The notes under the pieces were generated by a model that made no database searches, had not been told where the DNA came from, and saw nothing but the letters and a program-made list of their open reading frames with translations. A DNA stretch of 62,881 nt, the filler included. It is 8 parts of 8 records of this genome, joined end to end, with 100 filler letters (N's around TTAATTAATTAA, not from the genome) between each part and the next. Parts side by side here need not be neighbours in the genome. Positions count along the whole stretch, not along the records: positions 56,718 to 62,881 come from DRR723986_14769; 7 more parts are not named here. One strand, given 5' to 3'. Position numbers and translations under genes: made by a program. Below are positions 60,050 to 62,881 of this stretch, one piece after another; the stretch's first letter is position 1, and each line of letters opens with the position of its first letter.

Positions 60050-60889
60050 ATGTTGCAAAAGCGTAAGATGATGTCAGATGTTCAGGTGGGCGCGGAAAAT
60101 CCGCTGAATGTGGCAGTCTCAGGTCGCGACCGCAGCACCCTGCAAATGGCGACCGAAGCGGTCAAACACAAACAATGCCGATTGGCCTATCAACCCGTGA
60201 TGCAGGCGACACCGCCGCACAACACCGCCTTTTATGAGGGGTTTATCCGTGTTCTGGACGAAACTGGTCGGGTGATACCGGCCAGAGACTTCATTCAGGT
60301 GGTGGAAAACACCGAAGTCGGCCGTCAAATGGATGCGATCGCCCTAGAAATTGGCCTGCGCACGATGGTGCGTAATCCTACGCTCAGGCTATCCATCAAT
60401 ATGTCAGCACGGTCCATTGGGTATCAGCGGTGGATGCGGGTGTTGGATCGCTTTCTGAAACAAGATGAAACCTTGGGCGAACGATTAATCCTCGAAATCT
60501 CAGAAACGTCGGCCATGACCGTTCCTGAATTGGTGATCGATTTCATGGATCGATTGCAGGATCGTGGAATCGCATTTGCGCTGGATGACTTTGGCGCAGG
60601 GTCGATCAGCTTTCGCCACTTCCGAGATTTCTTTTTCGACGCCGCCAAGATTGATGGTCAGTTCATCCGCGGCATTGACACAAATCGTGAGAACCAATCG
60701 TTGGTGCGGGCTCTTGTTGCCGTTGCAAAAGAGTTCGACATGCTCGTGACCGCCGAATCGGTTGAAACCGTGCCCGAAGCTGAATTTCTGGTCTCAATTG
60801 GCATCGATTGCTTGCAAGGGTATCTGTTTGGCGCGCCATCAGTAACCCCCCCGTGGAAGCAAAAAGACACCGCGCAAGCGATCGCTTAA
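60050..60889 (+). CDS. Stand-alone EAL domain protein (c-di-GMP phosphodiesterase)
   Basis: YQPV, YEGFIR, SINMS, LEISE, ALDDFGAG, KIDG, AESVE, QGYLFG. Confidence 0.9.
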   Translation: MLQKRKMMSDVQVGAENPLNVAVSGRDRSTLQMATEAVKHKQCRLAYQPVMQATPPHNTAFYEGFIRVLDETGRVIPARDFIQVVENTEVGRQMDAIALEIGLRTMVRNPTLRLSINMSARSIGYQRWMRVLDRFLKQDETLGERLILEISETSAMTVPELVIDFMDRLQDRGIAFALDDFGAGSISFRHFRDFFFDAAKIDGQFIRGIDTNRENQSLVRALVAVAKEFDMLVTAESVETVPEAEFLVSIGIDCLQGYLFGAPSVTPPWKQKDTAQAIA

Positions 60890-60943
60890 GTACGAATATT
60901 GCGCAGAAATCCCCGTTTGCGTCACATGAGACAAGCTGTCTGT

Positions 60944-60959
60944 TGCTGCAAGTGCAGCA
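60944..60959. promoter_or_regulatory. Probable PhaR binding site
   Basis: TGCTGCA-AG-TGCAGCA palindrome containing CTGC-N4-GCAG, upstream of phaA. Confidence 0.6.
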
Positions 60960-61075
60960 TTACGTTATGTCATCGCTTGCAAGAGCCGGGAAACACCGGG
61001 CGCGGTTTGGGGTCGACTCTCCCGCCTTGAACCGCCAAGTTTCCCTAGAAATATGACGGCAAAGGATTGGATCAT

Positions 61076-62251
61076 ATGACCAACGTAGTAATTGCTTCCG
61101 CCGCGCGGACTGGTGTCGGCAGCTTTGGCGGTTCATTCGCCAACACACCTGCACATGATTTGGGTACGGCAGTTCTTGAGGCCGTTGTTGAACGCGCCGG
61201 GATCGAAAAAGGCGAAGTCAGCGAGACCATTTTGGGTCAGGTTCTGACCGCAGCACAGGGCCAAAACCCTGCACGCCAGGCCCACATTAACGCTGGCCTG
61301 CCACAGGAAAGCGCCGCCTGGAGCATCAACCAAGTGTGTGGTTCCGGTCTGCGCGCCGTTGCATTGGGTGCACAGCACATCGCCTTGGGTGATGCGGACA
61401 TCGTTGCCGCCGGTGGTCAGGAAAACATGACGCTGAGCCCCCATGCCGCAAACCTGCGTGCTGGCCACAAGATGGGCGACATGAAATACATCGACACAAT
61501 GATCCGTGACGGTCTGTGGGATGCATTCAATGGCTACCACATGGGTCAGACTGCTGAAAACGTCGCCGATCAGTGGCAGATCAGCCGCGAGATGCAGGAC
61601 GAGTTTGCTGTTGCATCGCAGAACAAAGCTGAAGCTGCCCAGTTGGCAGGCAAGTTCGTTGACGAAATCGTCCCGTTCATCATCAAAACCCGTAAGGGCG
61701 ACATCGTGATGGATAAAGACGAATACATCCGTCATGGGGCCACCATGGCAGCCATGCAAAAATTGCGCCCCGCCTTTGCCAAAGATGGTTCAGTCACAGC
61801 TGCCAACGCATCCGGCCTGAACGATGGTGCCGCAGCCACCCTGCTGATGTCCGCCGACAACGCTGAAAAGCGTGGCATCGAGCCATTGGGCCGTATCGCT
61901 TCCTATGCCACAGCCGGTCTGGACCCATCGATCATGGGCGTTGGCCCAATCTATGCGTCGCGCAAAGCGCTGGAAAAAGCCGGTTGGAAAGCCGAAGATC
62001 TGGATCTGGTCGAAGCCAACGAAGCCTTTGCTGCACAGGCCTGCGCTGTGAACAAAGACATGGGCTGGGATCCGGCAATCGTCAACGTAAACGGCGGCGC
62101 AATCGCCATCGGTCACCCCATTGGGGCCTCGGGCTGCCGGGTTCTAAATACCCTGTTGTTCGAAATGAAACGCCGGGACGCAAAGAAGGGCCTCGCGACC
62201 CTCTGCATCGGTGGCGGCATGGGCGTCGCCCTCTGCGTGGAGCGCGACTAA
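61076..62251 (+). CDS. phaA: Acetyl-CoA acetyltransferase (beta-ketothiolase)
   Basis: [30 protein letters not shown]. Confidence 0.96.
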   Translation: MTNVVIASAARTGVGSFGGSFANTPAHDLGTAVLEAVVERAGIEKGEVSETILGQVLTAAQGQNPARQAHINAGLPQESAAWSINQVCGSGLRAVALGAQHIALGDADIVAAGGQENMTLSPHAANLRAGHKMGDMKYIDTMIRDGLWDAFNGYHMGQTAENVADQWQISREMQDEFAVASQNKAEAAQLAGKFVDEIVPFIIKTRKGDIVMDKDEYIRHGATMAAMQKLRPAFAKDGSVTAANASGLNDGAAATLLMSADNAEKRGIEPLGRIASYATAGLDPSIMGVGPIYASRKALEKAGWKAEDLDLVEANEAFAAQACAVNKDMGWDPAIVNVNGGAIAIGHPIGASGCRVLNTLLFEMKRRDAKKGLATLCIGGGMGVALCVERD

Positions 62252-62272
62252 GCGTCCGCCAAGTGACCATAC

Positions 62273-62302
62273 AAAGGGCGCCACTGAGCGCCCTTTTATT
62301 TT
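62273..62302 (+). terminator. Rho-independent terminator after phaA
   Basis: AAAGGGCGC-CACTGA-GCGCCCTTT followed by TATTTT. Confidence 0.8.
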
Positions 62303-62440
62303 CCTAAAACAATAACTTACGATATATGCGACAATAAATCCAAGCTGTCATGAAAATTTCACCGCGAAAGAATATTGCGTATCTCTATCGAAATAGGTAA
62401 CAGCATTACCAAGCCAAATATCAATTGGAGGATTCCTCAC

Positions 62441-62881
62441 ATGGCACGTACAGCACTCGTCACCGGCGGTTCCCGCGGCATCGGCGCCGCAATTTCTAAG
62501 GCCCTTAAGGCCGAAGGATACAACGTTGCTGCCACATACGCAGGCAACGACGAAGCCGCCGCCGCCTTCACCGCAGAAACCGGCATCGCCACTTACAAGT
62601 GGAACGTTGCGAGCTACGAAGAATCCGCAGCGGGCATCGCAAAAGTCGAAGCCGAAATCGGCCCCATCGACGTGGTTGTTGCAAACGCAGGCATTACTCG
62701 TGACGCCCCATTCCACAAAATGACACCTGAGCAGTGGCATCAGGTCGTCGACACCAACCTGACTGGCGTGTTCAACACCGTACACCCGATCTGGCCCGGC
62801 ATGCGCGAGCGCAAGTTCGGCCGTATCATCGTGATCAGCTCGATCAACGGTCAGAAAGGCCAGTTCGCTCAGGTGAACTAT
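62441..62881 (+). CDS. phaB: Acetoacetyl-CoA reductase (runs off the window end; absent from the ORF track)
   Basis: Manual translation MARTALVTGGSRGIG...NAGITRD..FHKM...ISSINGQKGQFAQVNY; GGAGG RBS. Confidence 0.96.
   Translation, partial: MARTALVTGGSRGIGAAISKALKAEGYNVAATYAGNDEAAAAFTAETGIATYKWNVASYEESAAGIAKVEAEIGPIDVVVANAGITRDAPFHKMTPEQWHQVVDTNLTGVFNTVHPIWPGMRERKFGRIIVISSINGQKGQFAQVNY

Noticed and set aside
55564..62881. Phasin plus phaAB as one PHA locus
   Set aside because: Separated by a contig linker and possibly from different organisms.

Overview
This window is not one locus. It is eight unrelated contigs joined by artificial 100-bp linkers (N44-TTAATTAATTAA-N44), so gene order across the gaps means nothing. 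(1) 1-5692, Rhodobacteraceae-like: guaB, MBL-fold hydrolase, rsmB, cckA, a sulfotransferase-like gene and recA, with LexA and CtrA boxes. (2) 5793-19376, planctomycete-like: a tandem GTAG-type REP array, membrane and phosphoesterase genes, a TsaC/Sua5-LMW-phosphatase fusion, a GNAT, two PDZ proteins, mutY, polX and a candidate long-hairpin ncRNA. (3) 19477-24585, very GC-rich and probably eukaryotic: one exon encoding a giant lectin/LamG/Sushi-like mosaic protein. (4) 24686-35034, Rhodobacteraceae-like: liu (leucine catabolism) genes, a soluble chemoreceptor, a DegT-like gene, MmgE/PrpD, gph, glmU, glmS. (5) 35135-40337: selA-selB-selC (tRNA-Sec) followed by a CxxC redoxin and preceded by a UGA-interrupted Bax-inhibitor-1 remnant and beta-oxidation genes. 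(6) 40438-50459: a tRNA-Pro fragment, pseudaminic acid genes (pseB, C, F, I, H-like, no pseG), a capsule gene, DMT and Na/Pi transporters, leuB. (7) 50560-56617: carB, an esterase, DUF817, cupin, TetR/SDR with twin operators, a phasin-like gene with an FNR box, glyA. (8) 56718-62881: argH start, TlpA, sterol desaturase, tag, an EAL protein, phaA-phaB. Most content is housekeeping and no wholly new system can be proven from sequence alone. The best leads are the selenocysteine locus, the eukaryotic nested-domain lectin, the degenerate TsaC-phosphatase fusion, the REP array and the candidate ncRNA. All calls come from motif recognition by eye; no database searches were run and taxonomic labels are inferences.
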